A DNA stretch of 64,000 bases. Source: Eledone cirrhosa (lineage: Eukaryota). Shown here piece after piece: positions 1-13,570 of this stretch; the first letter of the stretch is position 1; each line of letters starts with the position of its first letter. The position numbers and the translations under genes are program-made. Below the pieces are notes generated by a model. That model ran no database searches and was not told the DNA's origin. It worked only from the letters and a program-made list of their open reading frames with translations. The stretch lies in assembly GCA_964016885.1 (NCBI GenBank), contig OZ024743.1, forward strand, positions 169,260,001 to 169,324,000. Reading direction: 5' to 3'.

Positions 1-1020
1 GGTGTGGTCAACGTTTGCCAGACGTGTTTTTCCCCAGGTCGTCTCATTAACGGAGCTGCAGTCCTGGATCAGGAAAAGACCGAGGGATAGTGCTTGGAAG
101 CTGGAATGTCTCCAAGTGCTCACAGCCTTCTACCAGCTGGGCACTAGTATCGGTGGGCACCACCTCGGCGTTCTATAGAGGATGAGTGGAGGGAAGAGTG
201 ATGACGTTCTCGGGGAGACACTGGGAATCGAAGATGATCAACTGTTCGCTCTCTTCAAGAGAACTTTCAGACTGAGGCCTATGGACAACTTCCAGAAATC
301 CCTGGCCTGGCAGTGTTACCGGGGAGCGTTGCCGGTTCGAGATAAGCTCTACAGGCACGGAAGTACCGTCAGCCGAACCTGTCCGAGATGCGCACAGAGC
401 GACGAAACCGTTGTGGACGCACTCGTTCAGTGTCCGAGCTATGTCGAACATTTGCTGTCACGTGTAATACAGATCCGGTTATCGACTGAGTCTATTGTGC
501 AGATAGCCCCGCCGTCCCCCTTTAAGGAGGAGGAAAGGCGGGCAGTTTTCATCTGCCTGGTGGCCATGGCGAAAGAGATTGTATGGTGGACAAGATTGAA
601 AGGATTGAAGACGGACAGTTTCCTCTTCGGCGAATCCATGATTAACTTTTTCAAATTTCACTTGAAGAGGAAAATCAGGGTGGAGGCAAGTGCTGTCTTC
701 TAGTAAGTTTGTTGAAAGGTGGGTGAAAGTGGCGAATCTGGTCCGAGTGAACGGGCTCGCTCTGAGTATGTGCCTGTAGACTTAGGAGTGGGAGAACTGA
801 GAGAGGGCGCTTGCCCTGGTGGTCAGGGTGGCCGTGGTCTTTTGTGTGGTTTTCGGTACAAGTGACCCTTGGAAATGTTCCCCCTTGGGGAATTCTTTTG
901 ATATTTCTATCTTATAACCTTTTTTTACACAGCCAAAACCCACTTTGTATCACCCTGTACCGTTCTGTGTCGTCTGTAATGTTTTTCTTCATGTTAGCCC
1001 TTGTAGCCATTAAAGAAACC
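1..1020 (+). mobile_element. 3' part of a Tx1/L1-like non-LTR retrotransposon (C-terminal zf-RVT-like Cys/His region plus 3' UTR), degenerate
   Basis: ORF 182-703 has WQCYRGALPVRDKL...CPRC...ETVVDALVQC, the zinc-knuckle region that follows RT in L1/Tx1 ORF2. It is closely similar to ORF 11837-12418(-). The 3' UTR ends near ATTAAAGAAA at about 1010-1020. Confidence 0.75.
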
Positions 1021-1029
1021 ATCATTATT

Positions 1030-4000
1030 ATTATTGGCGTCTCAGTGGTTTATATTATTTAACTGGAAAGTTTGTTGAAATGAACATCAAGCAGCTATCT
1101 GCAGCCTCAGATATTCAGGATATATCGGAGGGTTCTTGCTGTTCTCAGCAAGCATGCCTTTTGAAGTGTTCCAAAAAGGGGACTGGACTAATGTTCTTTA
1201 ACCATCTTTGCAAGCTCTTTGAGATATTACATAGTGCTTCTATGACAATCGCGACGACCTTGATTTTATAAAAGTCCCTAATCCTTATTAATTACCACCT
1301 TAAATCCTGGTATCGCTTAATTTTCTCCTTCTCCTTTTCTTGCACTCTCGTGTTAAATGGGCAGGCTACATTTACAATCAGGCACGATCGTTTTTCCTTG
1401 TCAAAAACCACCACGTCAGCCCTATTGGGTTCTAATTTCTTGTCTGTCTGTATCCTGAAATCCCATAGCACATTCACTTGATCGTTTTCTATCACTGACT
1501 CTGGCTTATTCAAATACAACTTCTTAGAATGTGATACATTATTTAGTTTGCATAAATGCCAGTGGAATCGCATTTACTATTATATCATGCCTCCAGCCTA
1601 TATATTGAGTCTGGGCTAGGTGTTGTTTACACTCGGATATAATGTGAACCACAGTCTCCTCACTCTCTTCACAGATCCTACACAGTGAGCTAGCCTCATC
1701 GTTGTCAATATGGTGTTTCACCCACTTCGTTCTGAGGTCTTGCTCTTGTGCAGCTATTGGCATTCCTTCTTTGGCTTTTTTAAGGTCTCTTTTTAACCAG
1801 CTCCATGTCTGTGGAATTCTGAATTCCGTTTTCTTAAAAAAGGTGATATGAAGGGATTTTTCATGAAGATTGCTTTTCCTCTTTGTTGTTATTTCCTCCT
1901 TGGACATACCCTGGTCTATTATCTTCTCTTTCAGTACAACTTTAAGCATTGGCTCCCTACTCTCAGACACATATTTGTGCAAACTGTTTTTCTCCATCTG
2001 AACACAGTCCTCTTCGCTGATAAGACCTCTTCCACTTTCAGATCTCTTGTGGAACATGCTGTAGGTATTCATTAGCTTCCTAGTCTTTCTATTCATTTCA
2101 TTTTGTTCAGTAACATTCCATTTGAGAATTCCCGCACTGTACCTAATTATAGACACAGCTCCGGAATTTACTGCACTTATGACATTCCTACTATTTAGAT
2201 GTGATTTTAGTATGTTCCTTCGTGTCCTTATGTATTCAGATCTTATCAATTCCTTCATTTTATTGTTCTTGATGTCATCTACCCCAGAACACCCAAATAT
2301 TCGTATCCTTCTTCAGTGTCGATTTCCTTTACCATCTCACCGGTTGTTATTTGGATTCCGTTACTTCTGTTTAATTTACCCCCACTTCATCATAAGGACT
2401 CCACAAAATACGGACAGTGTTAACAAGTACATCCAACTCCTCACTTTTCCCAAAGAGTTTTAGATCGTCCATGAAGAGGAGGTGGTTGATGGTAAGCCTT
2501 GCTCTTCCCAGTTTGTATCCTGCTTTCACTTTTCGCAATATGAGGGACAAGGGTATGAGGGTAAGGACAAACAACAAAGGGGACAAACTATCACCCTGGA
2601 ATGTACCTCTCTTGATCTTCACACCTCCCAATGATTCTCCACCTGATGTTAGCTCTGTTTCCCAAGACTTTATACTTTTACTTAATAGCTGTCTGATGGT
2701 GTCTGTAACCTTGAAGATCTTTAGGCTTTTGGCTATCCAAGAATGAGGTACCATGTCGAATGCCTTCTTGTAATCTATCAATGCCATGGCAAGATCAGTA
2801 TGCCTCTTCTTGCAATTCCTTATCACCATCTTATCAATAAGTAACTGGTACCACGGGACTACTTTCGGCATCCTTTCTGTTCGTCCGGTAACAAGTTGTT
2901 TATGTGGAGGTGATAGTAGATTTCCTCAGACACAATGCTTGTTAACAGTTTCCACATTACGGACAGACATGTGATAGGCCTATAGTTGGAAACCTCATTA
3001 CCCTTGATTCGGTCTTACATTACCAGAACTGTGATACCTTTTGTCAACCACTCTGGTACTTCCCCCGACATCAAGTAGTCATTGAACACGGCTGTCAGTT
3101 TTGGAGTGATGTTATATTTTTAATCCAATATCCTTGCACACCATCTGGGCCTGGTGATTTCCAGTTGGTTAGTTTTTTGGCCTGCTTTTTAAGAGTTTCA
3201 GCTATGATACTCAAATTAGGTTGTCGGTGTGCTTTTTCACAGTTCTCCTTTTTAACTGCCTCAATTCACACTGCCTGACTATGTTCAATATCCTGCTCCC
3301 ATATTCCTCTCCAGAATGTCTTAGTCTATTCAGCCTCAGGGATCACGTCGTTACTTCTTTCTTTCCCTTCAAGCTGTCCAAACAACATCTTCTGGTTGTT
3401 GTCAAACATGTGGTTCTGCCTATACTGACTAACTCTGTTCTCATATCGCTTAATATTTACGCTTTTTGCTACTATGCATTGCTTCAGTTCATATATGATA
3501 ACATTTAGCTCTTTTCCCTTAGTGTTGTATGTTATTTTCAATCTATCTTTAGTGCCTATGTTTTGTAATGTCCCATTTAGTAAAGACTCAAGCTTTCCAG
3601 TGTCTTTTCTCATTTCCTTGATTTGACCATTCAGTGGTTTCTTCCACCAAGGCTCTGTTCATTATGTTTGTTGTTTCCTCTCGTTTTGACACCAAGTAAT
3701 TTAATTTTTCATCACATTTGCGATTGCTTTGAGGATGTTGTTGCATTGGTGAATGTTCTTGGCCTAAGGGTATGGGATGACCCTGTTTACCTTAGCTGTC
3801 GTTTCTTTTAATTTTTTCCTGTCTACAAAACTTAGATTCATAGGTTTTCCACTATCATTGTTCATTTCATCTACCACTAAGTTCAGGATATCAACCAAAT
3901 CTTGCCCATTTGCTCAATGGCAGTATCTTTGTTCCAGAGGTTATTTATTTCAGCATTCAGATTATTGTCTGCTTCGGTTGCTTCCTCAGGTTTCTCAACC

Positions 4001-4410
4001 TCTTCACCCTCATTTCCCACTGGCTCATTTGCCTAATATACCCCACTTTTCATTTCTAACTCAATCTCTCTGCTCAGTTCCTCCTTTTCCAACTCACTTA
4101 TCCATCCATTAGTTCTTATTACACGAGCCTAACCAGCCGATTTTTGTTCAGCTAATTTAAATAAACCAATCTTGTTCCAGATGTTATGCATCCGCTTCCT
4201 ATAGCCTTTTTCCATTGGGTTACTCTTCAGACAACATTTCATGACAGTTCTATTAAATTTTTTCATCTAGTTGGTTCTTGTCCTCTTCCTTCTTCTTCCT
4301 CCAACACCAGCAGTATTTGGAACAGCCAGGGAACACTTACTGGGTGATAGTCTTTCACATGACGTTCCAGCCTCCTTTTCACCGTTATTCGAACTGTTTA
4401 GGTTCGACAT
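1030..4410 (-). mobile_element. R4/Dong-like non-LTR retrotransposon (N-terminal domain, RT, CCHC, restriction-like endonuclease), frameshifted
   Basis: Minus-strand fragments: DYKKAFDMVPHSW, FQGDSLSPLLF and HLLFMDDLKLF (RT); CRICEESEETVVHIISEC (CCHC); WDFRIQTD...NRADVV...VACP...EKIKRYQDL (RLE). The N-terminal GYRKRMHNIW motif lies near 4190-4210. The 3' end abuts a (TAA)n tract at about 1025-1034. Confidence 0.85.
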
Positions 4411-4428
4411 TTAAACACTCATATCGAG

Positions 4429-4893
4429 CGTAGCGGAACTACTTCATACCTTGCAACAACAATGTTTCATGTGTGATTTGATTAAACAAACCAATCGTAT
4501 TCGATCGTGTATGAATACGTTGTTGCCCCCTTCTTATAAAACCTTCTGGTTCACCAGAGGGATAACTCTCTTGGGCAGCAAGATGATAAGACCTTCTACG
4601 GAGTAGCTCCTGCATATTCCTTGTATTTTCCTGTAAAGAGGAACTAAATATTTATCAACTAGTTATATTCTACATCTCGGGAATTATTCTATATTCAACG
4701 TTTCCTGTTCTGTTCTAGAAAGTATTTATCTAGCTTCAACCTAATGGGCAGTAATTGCGTTCATTTCTTATATCCTCCTGTGTGTATAGAAATTCGACTT
4801 TCTAACAATAAATATGTATTTATATCGAATTGAGTGTTAAAAAAGATAATTATTTATATATGGATGTCAGAAGCCTGTCGCTGCAAGTAAAAG
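4429..4893 (+). repeat. 5' LTR of the Gypsy element
   Basis: Direct repeat of 8842-9252. It begins (C)GTAGCG and has CGCTGCA near its end, matching degenerate TG..CA inverted termini. Confidence 0.85.
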
Positions 4894-7800
4894 AATGACC
4901 ACACTAAACAAGGTCGATAAATGTTTCAACTTGTAAATTATTAATAAGCAACAACGAACCATTTTTCTTCGCCCATGGAATTTTCATTCAATATGGCCGC
5001 CTATTTTGTCATCTTCGTGGTCTTTTCTCGTTAAGAAGGAAATTCTTCAGCGTACTTCGATTTCAGCTGAAAAGAGGTTCCGTAAACGATAAGCATCCTG
5101 GCGATCGTCGGCCTACATAGCTCTTGTGTAGAATGAGACAGCTTGTAGAAGATTCACCGGCAGACAGCATAATGATAAAGCAGTTGTTTTTCTCAAGGCT
5201 GCCACCTTATGTGCAGGCCATTTTGGCAGCGATGATGGAGACTAGTTCGGCGGATCAACTAGCTTCGTCCGCCGATAAGATCGTAAACTATACCGGCAAC
5301 TCTACCACTTCTACCCCGACGCGACTCGCGGCAAATTCTTCTTCATCTTCGCCAGTCGCATCGGTATCTTCAAATGCTACATCTCCCACTGAGCCAACGC
5401 TTAAGGCCATTCGAGAATTAACAAAAGAGGTCACAATCTCCTCGACAACGGTCGCTAAATCACTGACACTCATCAAGTTGTCGTTCTCAACCTTCAACAT
5501 TGCAAATATGCTGGTATCATAGGCGATTTGGAGCTGCAGCTCATAAGTGTATCCAGCATTGTTTCTTTCTCAACGAGGGAAACGAATCCCCGGAGAACTG
5601 GGCAAGATACCTTCTCCGCAATCTTACACGAACAGTCATGCATTTTTTATCACGGATTCCTTCTCTCACGCACGCTGTCTCATTGACACGGGTGCGTCGT
5701 GTAGTATTTGGACATTAAAGCTTTTAAAAGAGAAACCTCCTCTCTCACAGATATCGCTACAGCCGTCAACCATTCTGCTATTCCTACATATGGACAAATC
5801 TCTCACTCTTTGGACCTGGATTTACGTAGAGATTTCACATGGATTTTCACCATTGCGAATTTGCCATATCCTATACTGGGTGCCGGTTTTTTACATCATT
5901 ATAATCTCATGGTTGATATGCGGGTACATCGTTTATTGGACGCGACTACGGATCTTTCTGCGCCTGTACGTACATCAGTAATCCAGTCTATCAATCCAGT
6001 CTTCTTCATCGCTACTTCGGAGGACCCTTATCATGCGCTTTTACATTCCTTTCCGGAATTAACTAATCTGAACTTTGTGGTAGATACCCCTACTCACTCT
6101 ACCAAGCATGTTATTGAGACTAAGGGTGCTCCAGTTTTTTCAGGCACTCGTCGTCTTTCTCTAGAAAAATTGAAAGCGGCTAAGGCAGAGTTTAATCATA
6201 TGCTCCAGTTGGGTATCGTTCACCCTTCTTCCAGTCCGTGGGCCTCGCCTTTGCATACGGTTCCGAAACGTTCGGGAGACTGGCGCCCCACTAGAGATTT
6301 TCGGAGACTGAATTCGCTGTGCCTGACCGTTATCCAATTCCTCACATCCAGGATTTTGCTTCTTCTCTTCATGGATGAACCATTTTTTCCAAATTAGACT
6401 TGGTCAGAGCTTACCATCAAATTCCTGTGAATCCTGCGGACATTCCTAAAACTGCTGTCACTACTCCTTTCAGTGCATTCGAGTTTTTAACAATGCCTTT
6501 CGGATTATGCAACGCTGCCAGTACCTTCCAGCGGTTTAAGGACGAAGTCGTCCGTGATTTAGACTTCGTATATTGTTACATCGACAATATTCTCATCGCG
6601 AGTGCTTCACCGGAGGATCATATCTCGCACCTCCACCAACTGTTTGAACGATTTAGGCAGTACCAAGTTCGTATTAACCCTGCGAAGTATATTTTCGGTG
6701 CTGCTTCACTCGTCTTTTTGGGCCACTCTGAGGGAATATCACCACTTCCTGAGAAAGTGAAGGCTCTTCAGGAACTTCCTCCGCCTACTTCCTTGCGACA
6801 GCTGCGGCAGTTCCTGGACCTCCTTAATTATTATCGCTGGTTAATTCCGCATCGCGCAGTTCTCTTATCTCCAGTATCTGATCTCCTGCGTAGCAAAAAG
6901 AAGAAAAATGAACCAATCGCTTTCGGTTCCATGCAGCTTGAGGTATTCTCCAAAGCTAAACAGAATTTAGCAAACGCATCTCTGCTTGCACACCCTGTGT
7001 CTGGAGCCCAGTTGTGGATGCATCAAACACGGCTGTATGTGCAGTATTGCAACAGCATCACCAACAACCGCTTCAACCCCTTGTTTTATTTTCAAAGTAG
7101 CTAAACCCGCAGAATCCCGCTATAGCACTTTCGGCCGCGAACTGTTAGCCATTTCCCTGGCTGTCAAACACTTCCGGCTTTCACTGGAAGGCTGACAATT
7201 TACGATCTTTACCGACCATCGTCCGCTTACATTCGCACTTAGTTCCAAGCCGGTCAAATACTTGCCTCGGGAAACTCGTCATTTGGACTTCATTTCCCAG
7301 TTTACAAATGACATTCGTCACATCCCTGGGGAATAAAATACAGCGATGGATGCCTTATCTCGCCTGCTCATCAATTCCTTGTCAGCACCTGCGAATATTG
7401 ACTTGCATCTCATGGCTGCAGTACACCCCACCCTAGATTCGTTGGATCTTTCTTCACCGGAATTAGCAACCTACAAATTCAAATACCTGCTTGTACCCAC
7501 TTCGGACACTCAGATTCTCTGTAATACTGCGACTGATTCACATCACCCTCTGGTCCCAGAGGCTCATCGTCGAATAGTTTTTGACTCTCTACAGTCTGGC
7601 ACAACCCGGAATTTCAACCACAGTGAAACTCATTTCGGCTAGATTCTTCTGGTCGAATATGAGACGTGATATCGCTGCTTGGTCACGTTCCTGTTTGTCT
7701 TGTCAGAAGTCGAAGGTGTATAAGCATATTTGCGCACCTCTCGGTACACTTAGCACACCTGACGCACATTTTTGCCACATACATATCGATATCGTGGGAC

Positions 7801-8841
7801 CTTGGCCCGTCAGTCGCGGGGATATTCATACATCCTGACCTGCATTGATCGTTTCACCCAATGGCCTAAAGCCATTCCTCTTAGTGACATAACTGCTGAA
7901 TCAGTAGCGCGAGCCCTGATTTCAGGATGGATATCGCGCTATAGAGTTCCTACCTCTATTACTACAGACCGTGGTAGGCAGCTAGAATTTCACCTTTTCA
8001 TGGAGCTAACAAATATCATCGGCGCTCAACGTATCCGGACTACCAGTTACTATTCTGCATCTAATGGAATGGTGGAGCGTTTTCATCGCCAGTTGAAGAC
8101 CGCATTGCGTGCCTATCCAGATACTCTACGCTGGAGTGACTACCTCCCCATAGTACTACTCGGCATCCGCACTTCAGTTAAGGACGACCTTGGATTCTCT
8201 CCAGCCGAGCTTTTGTACGGCACTCCTTTGTTTTTGCCAGGGCAGATGCTTGCCCCAGTCGATCTTTCTACTCAGGATCCAACACTCTATGTGAACCGTC
8301 TGCGTTCGTATTTTCAAGTCCTGCCTCCTATGAACACGCGGCAACAAGCCATTAAATCTTTGGTCCCGAGGGATATTGTCTCGTGGACCTATGTTTTTGT
8401 CAGAAATGACGCAGTGAGAAGCCCTCTCACTCCATCTTACTCTGTGACTATATCGCGTGACAAACATTTCGTACAGACAAACATTTCACCATTGACTTTA
8501 ATGGACATAGAGACGCAGTCTCTATTGACAGACTGAAGTGGTCCTACACAGATGCTCTCACTATAGAGCCTCATACTCCCCCTCCTACACAGTGTCAATA
8601 CAAAGTCCACCGCAAGTACCACAAGTTCATACAATCATTGCTTCACCTTCAACAAACGTCACGACAACCCGGAGTCCATTGGCCCAAGAAGCTTTCTAAA
8701 ACAATTTACATATGTGATTGATTTATGTATTACAAACTTTGAAACTTGCCTTGAAGCAGGAACTATTCTTTTTTTGTATTTACTTTGCTTGACTTGTGTT
8801 ACCTTTTAAGAGATTTTCTACTCATTTTTATCAGAGGATGA

Positions 8842-9252
8842 TGTAGCGAAACTACTTCATACCTTGCAACAACAATGATGCCTCCTCCTTATAAAACCTT
8901 CTGGTTCACCAGAGGGATAACTCTCTTGGACAGCAAGATGATAAGACCTTGGGAGTAGCTCCTGTATATTCCTTGTATTTTCCTGTAAAGAGGAACTAAA
9001 TATTTATCAACTAGACATATTCTATATCTCGGGAATTGTTCTATTACGGTATGAGATATTCAACGTTTCCTGTTCTAGACAATATTTGCCTAGCTTCAAC
9101 CTAATGGCCAGTAATTGCTTCATTTCTTATATCCTCCTGTGTGTATAGAAATTCGACTTTCTAACAATAAATATGTGTTTATATCGAATTGAGTGTTAAA
9201 AAAGATAATTATTTATACATGGATGCCAGAAGCCTGTCGCTGTAAGTAAAAG
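8842..9252 (+). repeat. 3' LTR of the Gypsy element
   Basis: Begins TGTAGCG after a purine-rich AGAGGATGA and lacks about 60 bp present in the 5' LTR. Confidence 0.85.
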
Positions 9253-9389
9253 GTATTAATAAGGATTTGATTCGCTTTTCATTATACCAGGATTAGTGAA
9301 TTTATGGTTGCACCAGCACCAGTGTTTTTAGCGTGACACCGTCACGTTAAAAGAAAAAAAAAATTGTGATATTTATCTATCATTATTTG

Positions 9390-9475
9390 TGTAAATTCCA
9401 ATGAGAGAGTCTTGTATCTAAACCGACTCTCTCTCTATTGGTCAAAATTCAAAAAATTATAAAACCAAAAGAATA
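9390..9475 (+). mobile_element. Short 3' tail of the R4/Dong-like family 2
   Basis: TAAATTCCAATGAGAGAGTC...GACTCTCTC...ATAAAACCA is shared with 10147-10232 and 16507-16592. Confidence 0.7.
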
Positions 9476-10019
9476 TACATACATATCTAGAATTACATTA
9501 TCTAACATATGTCTTTTTTCTGAAGTGATTGAGGTGTGATTTCAGGACGGTGAGGGTGGAAGGAGCTCGCCTTTCCAAGATCGATACAATAAATTAGTAC
9601 TCTAGTACTGGGTTACATTTAATTAACTGCTGGTCTAAACAAACAACGGAGTAACTTGATAGAGAAGAGTCCAAATCCCTGGCTCACCTGTGAAATGACA
9701 CCCTATTACTTATCAGTAGTAATCTCTATATCACTGGAAACGTACACACGTAGGCGCAGGCACACACAATCACACGACCATGCACACATACACACACACA
9801 CGTACACGTCTTATTCCTCTCTCTCTCACTCCCCCTCTCTCTCTTTCTCTCAAGAGAGCCTCATTGAAAAGAATAGCACTAAAGAAAATGAAGCCTGGGC
9901 GTATTGCTTATGCTGAATCAGTTTAACCTCGCTCTGCTTCAACTGATCATTCTGGCTACACGAGTAATCTTGTTTGAAATGGGTGGGTATTATACACACA
10001 CGTGCGCGCGCACAGAATC

Positions 10020-10232
10020 ACATTCATACATAAACAGACACATATATATCTCAAAGCATACACATCCACACATACAATAACATCCATGCCTGCACATACA
10101 TGCATGCATGCAGAAATGCACACATATCTACCTAATTGATGTTGTTTAAATTCCAATGAGAGAGTCTTGTATCTATGTTAGAAACCGACTCTCTCTCTAT
10201 TGATCAAAATTCATAAAATTATAAAACCAGAA
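10020..10232 (+). mobile_element. 5'-truncated 3' UTR copy of the R4/Dong-like family 2, ending in (TACA)n
   Basis: Matches about 16390-16592 and is followed by an ACAT/AC microsatellite. Confidence 0.75.
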
Positions 10233-10311
10233 CATACACACACACACTCACATACATACATACATACATACATACATACACACATACATACGTAAATACA
10301 CACATACACAC

Positions 10312-11410
10312 ATCAGTCAACGCGATCAGTAGCACATTTTGGTGTCGGAGACTATTCATTAAATTTAAGATGAATACTATCTCCGACAGTAATGCCACAA
10401 CTACAAGTCATATAACTGGATTTTCTTCTAACTATATCCACTGAAGACACCTTTTATTCAAATTCGTAGAGATATTCGACTAAATACATAATTCATTTTA
10501 CAAGGATTTGCTACAAACAGCATGGCTGAACACAACATCAACAACAACAACATCAGTGGAATACCGAAGAAAGGTAAACAAAATTTATTCAGTTGTAGCT
10601 ACAGAAGAAACCGAAATTATAAATCGCATTTCTCTTGGAGTTGCGAACTTAATGATGATTTATTTAATTGTTATAAAATGGCAAAAAACAATCCCTCCAT
10701 TGGCTATATGAACAGAATGAAGCTACACTGGGACGAAATACACCCAAAGCTAAATCACTTCACAGCGAAACAATTACGCCAACAAGCGACGTTTGTTGAA
10801 CGTAAAAATAAGATAAATATTATTAATTGTAAGTTGCCCCACAACAAACATGGAATCAACAACACGTGCTACAGGTCGCCATGCTACTAGGCTTCCTAGA
10901 AACCAGGTCGGACGGTGCCTTGAAACAACTATGCCTGTAAGAAATTTGACACCACGTGTACCATCTAAGTCTACCTCGAATGCTGGGGAAAAACGCTATC
11001 GATAATAATAATAATCGAAGAAATTTGACACCACGTGTACCATCCGAGTCTACCTCGATAATTGTGGAAAATACTATCGATAATGATAATAATCAAAAGT
11101 ATAAACAATAAAAATTTCCCTCAACGACATCTTCCAGAGAGAAATTAATTCATGTATAAACATTTCTCTTGCTGAACGTATTAAAACAACAATATTTAAT
11201 TTAAAAAAAACAAATAATGAAATATTACGTGTTATTGACGAAATAGGGGATGAATATTTATAACGGATAAAAACCCCAACATTTTGGCAAATCAACGCCT
11301 GTTTATATGCCTTAGCAACGACAGTGAAGCATTATCTTGGTGATAGCAGAGATATTAACAAGAACAAAACACCACCAAAAATACCATCATCTATAACTAA
11401 AATAGAGAAT
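10312..11410 (+). mobile_element. 5' part of R4/Dong-like element 2 (N-terminal domain)
   Basis: ORF 10522-10890 has W..ELN.DL..CY......GYMNRMKLHWDEIHP..HFTAKQLRQQA, the pattern seen at the N-terminus of R4/Dong ORFs. It probably continues at about 13915 after nested insertions. Confidence 0.65.
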
Positions 11411-11580
11411 GTCTGTCTGTCTGTTAGCTCACTAAAACTCAAGAACCACCCAACCGATTGTTTTCAAACTTTACACATGTAATACTTATAGTCCTGTGAG
11501 TGTTTTGAACAAAACAATTGCAAATTTTCAATGCCCTAGGAACCGCATTAGGCGATTTATAATTCTTAGTGTTTCTTTTT
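11410..11580 (+). mobile_element. Helitron/Helentron-associated (DINE/HINE-like) non-autonomous fragment
   Basis: (GTCT)n followed by ACCGATTGTTTTCAAACTTT, a motif arrangement typical of these elements. This rests on pattern recognition only. Confidence 0.4.
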
Positions 11581-11599
11581 AGATAGATAGATAGATATA

Positions 11600-12435
11600 T
11601 TTCTTTATTAGCCACAGGGGCACAAAAGAAGGGGACAAATACAAAGGGGGAAGTTTACATACAATAAAAACGTGTAAAATGTTATCACAGATGGAATTTA
11701 AAAGTTAGTCGATTTTCCCCAATAGAGGGAGACAGTTTATATGGGTAACACAGACCCCCGAAAAAAATGTGCAACCCTCATCTCCAGGAGTACGAAGAGC
11801 TTGTACTCCTTTCCTCTCCTCCTCCTTTTCCTCAACCTACAGGCTGATATAGAGAGAAGGCCCATTCACTCGGGCCATTCTCGCCACTTTCACCCACCTT
11901 TCATAAAACTTGCTGGGGTACAGCACCTCTCTCTCCATCCTGATTCTTCTTCCAAAGTGGTATTTGAAAAAAAGAATCAGTTGTTGGCCGGAGAGAAAGG
12001 TGTCTGACCTCAGCCCTTTCAACCTTGTCCACCATACAACCTCTTTCGCCATAGCTATCACACAAAGGAAAACCGCCTCTCCTTCGTTTTTGAAGGAGGG
12101 TGGCGGTTTGATCATGACAATGGACTCGGTGGTCAACTGGATTGGTCCCACCCGCGACAATAGTCGTTCCACATAGCCCCACAGGTCAGTGACGCCCGGG
12201 CAGTGTATGAATGCGTGCGCGACGGTTTCTTCGTCTCGCACGCACCTCGGACAGATCTTTTTTGCAGGGTCCCTGCCCGGGCGCCCATGTCTGTAGAGCT
12301 TGTCTCGAACTGGTAGAGCTCCTCGGTAGCACTGCCAGGCCAGGGACTTTTGGAAGTTGTCCATCGGTCCCGGGCGGAAGGTCCTACCGAACAGACTGGC
12401 CAGTTCATCTTCCTCCACGCCTAGAGTTTCACCGA
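11600..12435 (-). mobile_element. 5'-truncated Tx1/L1-like LINE with a 15-bp target-site duplication in (GATA)n
   Basis: ORF 11837-12418 has FQKSLAWQCYRGALPVRDKL and CPRC..EETVAHAFIHC. AGATAGATAGATATA occurs at 11585-11599 and 12436-12450. Confidence 0.82.
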
Positions 12436-12633
12436 AGATAGATAGATATAACGTCGCGCCCTTATAATATCTGTCTGTATGTCTGGCTGTCTACATTACG
12501 TCATTATGACGCGATCAGTGTGTGTGTATATATGTATATATAGTGTGTGTATATATATATATATTCTTATGCCAGGGAACGTCTTCACGAACGAAAGTAT
12601 CGTCTTGCTGTTTTCTTTCGGTTGTAACGTTTT

Positions 12634-12952
12634 TCGAAATATTTACTTCTGCGTTCACAGATTGATTTTTTTAGTTTCAGAAGATCCCGTTAAGGGTGAA
12701 AGCAGCGATTCTTTGCTTAAATTTTAATATGTACTTTTTGCATACACAAAAACAATTTTAATATGATATTTTTGCATACACAAAAACAAAATATAAACAA
12801 ACAAGTCCGGCGATTACATATTCACATGCATCACTGACATATTTTTGCATACACAAAAAGATGTCGAAATATTTACTTCTGCGTTCACAGATTGATTTTT
12901 TTTAGTTTCAGAAGAACCCGCTAAGGGGGAAAGCAGCGATTCTTTGCTTAAA
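12634..12952 (+). repeat. ~88-bp direct repeat (period 230) carrying degenerate HHR-like motifs
   Basis: 12634-12721 repeats at 12864-12952. The copies read CAGAAGA-TCCC-GTTAA-GGG-T-GAAA and CAGAAGA-ACCC-GCTAA-GGG-G-GAAA. Confidence 0.6.
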
Positions 12953-12978
12953 CTGTAATCTGTTATTTTAATATATAT

Positions 12979-13323
12979 CATCATCATCAGGTCGAGCTTG
13001 CTCGGCTTTCTACGACACGTTTCCTCCATCCATCTCTGTCTCTCATAGCATTTGCCAGTTCTTCCGCAGTGCATCCAGTATCGTCCTCAAGCTGCTTGAC
13101 GTATGTCTTCTTGGGACGACCAGCATTTCTTGCTCCATGAGATGGACTCCATAACAACACATCACCTGCTATTTCTTCTTTGCCGCGCCAACAGTGGCCA
13201 GCAAATCTGAGTCTCTGTCCACGTATTGACCTGGGTAGCTATATCGCCTCCACAGAACATGATGTTAACATCAGACTGGGAAAAGCCTGGGGAGCATTGA
13301 ATGCAATGGAAAAGATATGGAAA
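12979..13323 (-). mobile_element. RTE-clade LINE 3' fragment with 5' inversion, (GAT)n tail and 11-bp TSD
   Basis: The minus strand reads RLRFAGHCWR...LLW.P.HGARNAGRPKKTY...MRDRDGW. Positions 13234-13323 on the plus strand read GSYIASTEHDVNIRLGKAWGALNAMEKIWK. TTAATATATAT lies at 12968-12978 and 13324-13334. Confidence 0.8.
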
Positions 13324-13570
13324 TTAATATATATAAATATATATATATAGAGAGAGAGAGAATGTTTAAGTATCGAGAGAGAGAAAAAAAGAAGAGATAA
13401 GCGATATATATATTTAGTTGCCAATAGTTTGTGCAAATGTGCTCAATACTTATGCCTACAGGGTTAAATATTAGAAGCGTTAATATTTAGTGGGCGAGAA
13501 TATAAGCAGAGCGGTTACAAGTGGAATGAATACAAAGGAGAATATACCGTTAAAAGATGTTTATATAACA

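Larger units (their letters stand above)
4429..9252 (+). mobile_element. Near full-length degenerate Ty3/Gypsy LTR retrotransposon with two LTRs
   Basis: Domain order is gag (CWYHRRFGAAAHKC), protease (LIDTGAS), RT ([20 protein letters not shown]), RNase H (YSTFGRELLA), integrase ([15 protein letters not shown]). Direct repeats flank the element. It carries many stops and frameshifts. Confidence 0.92.

Noticed and set aside
4420-4900. PBS and TSD for the first Gypsy element
   Set aside because: No TGG-initiated PBS follows the 5' LTR and no matching 4-6 bp flanks were found, so the exact LTR ends remain uncertain.
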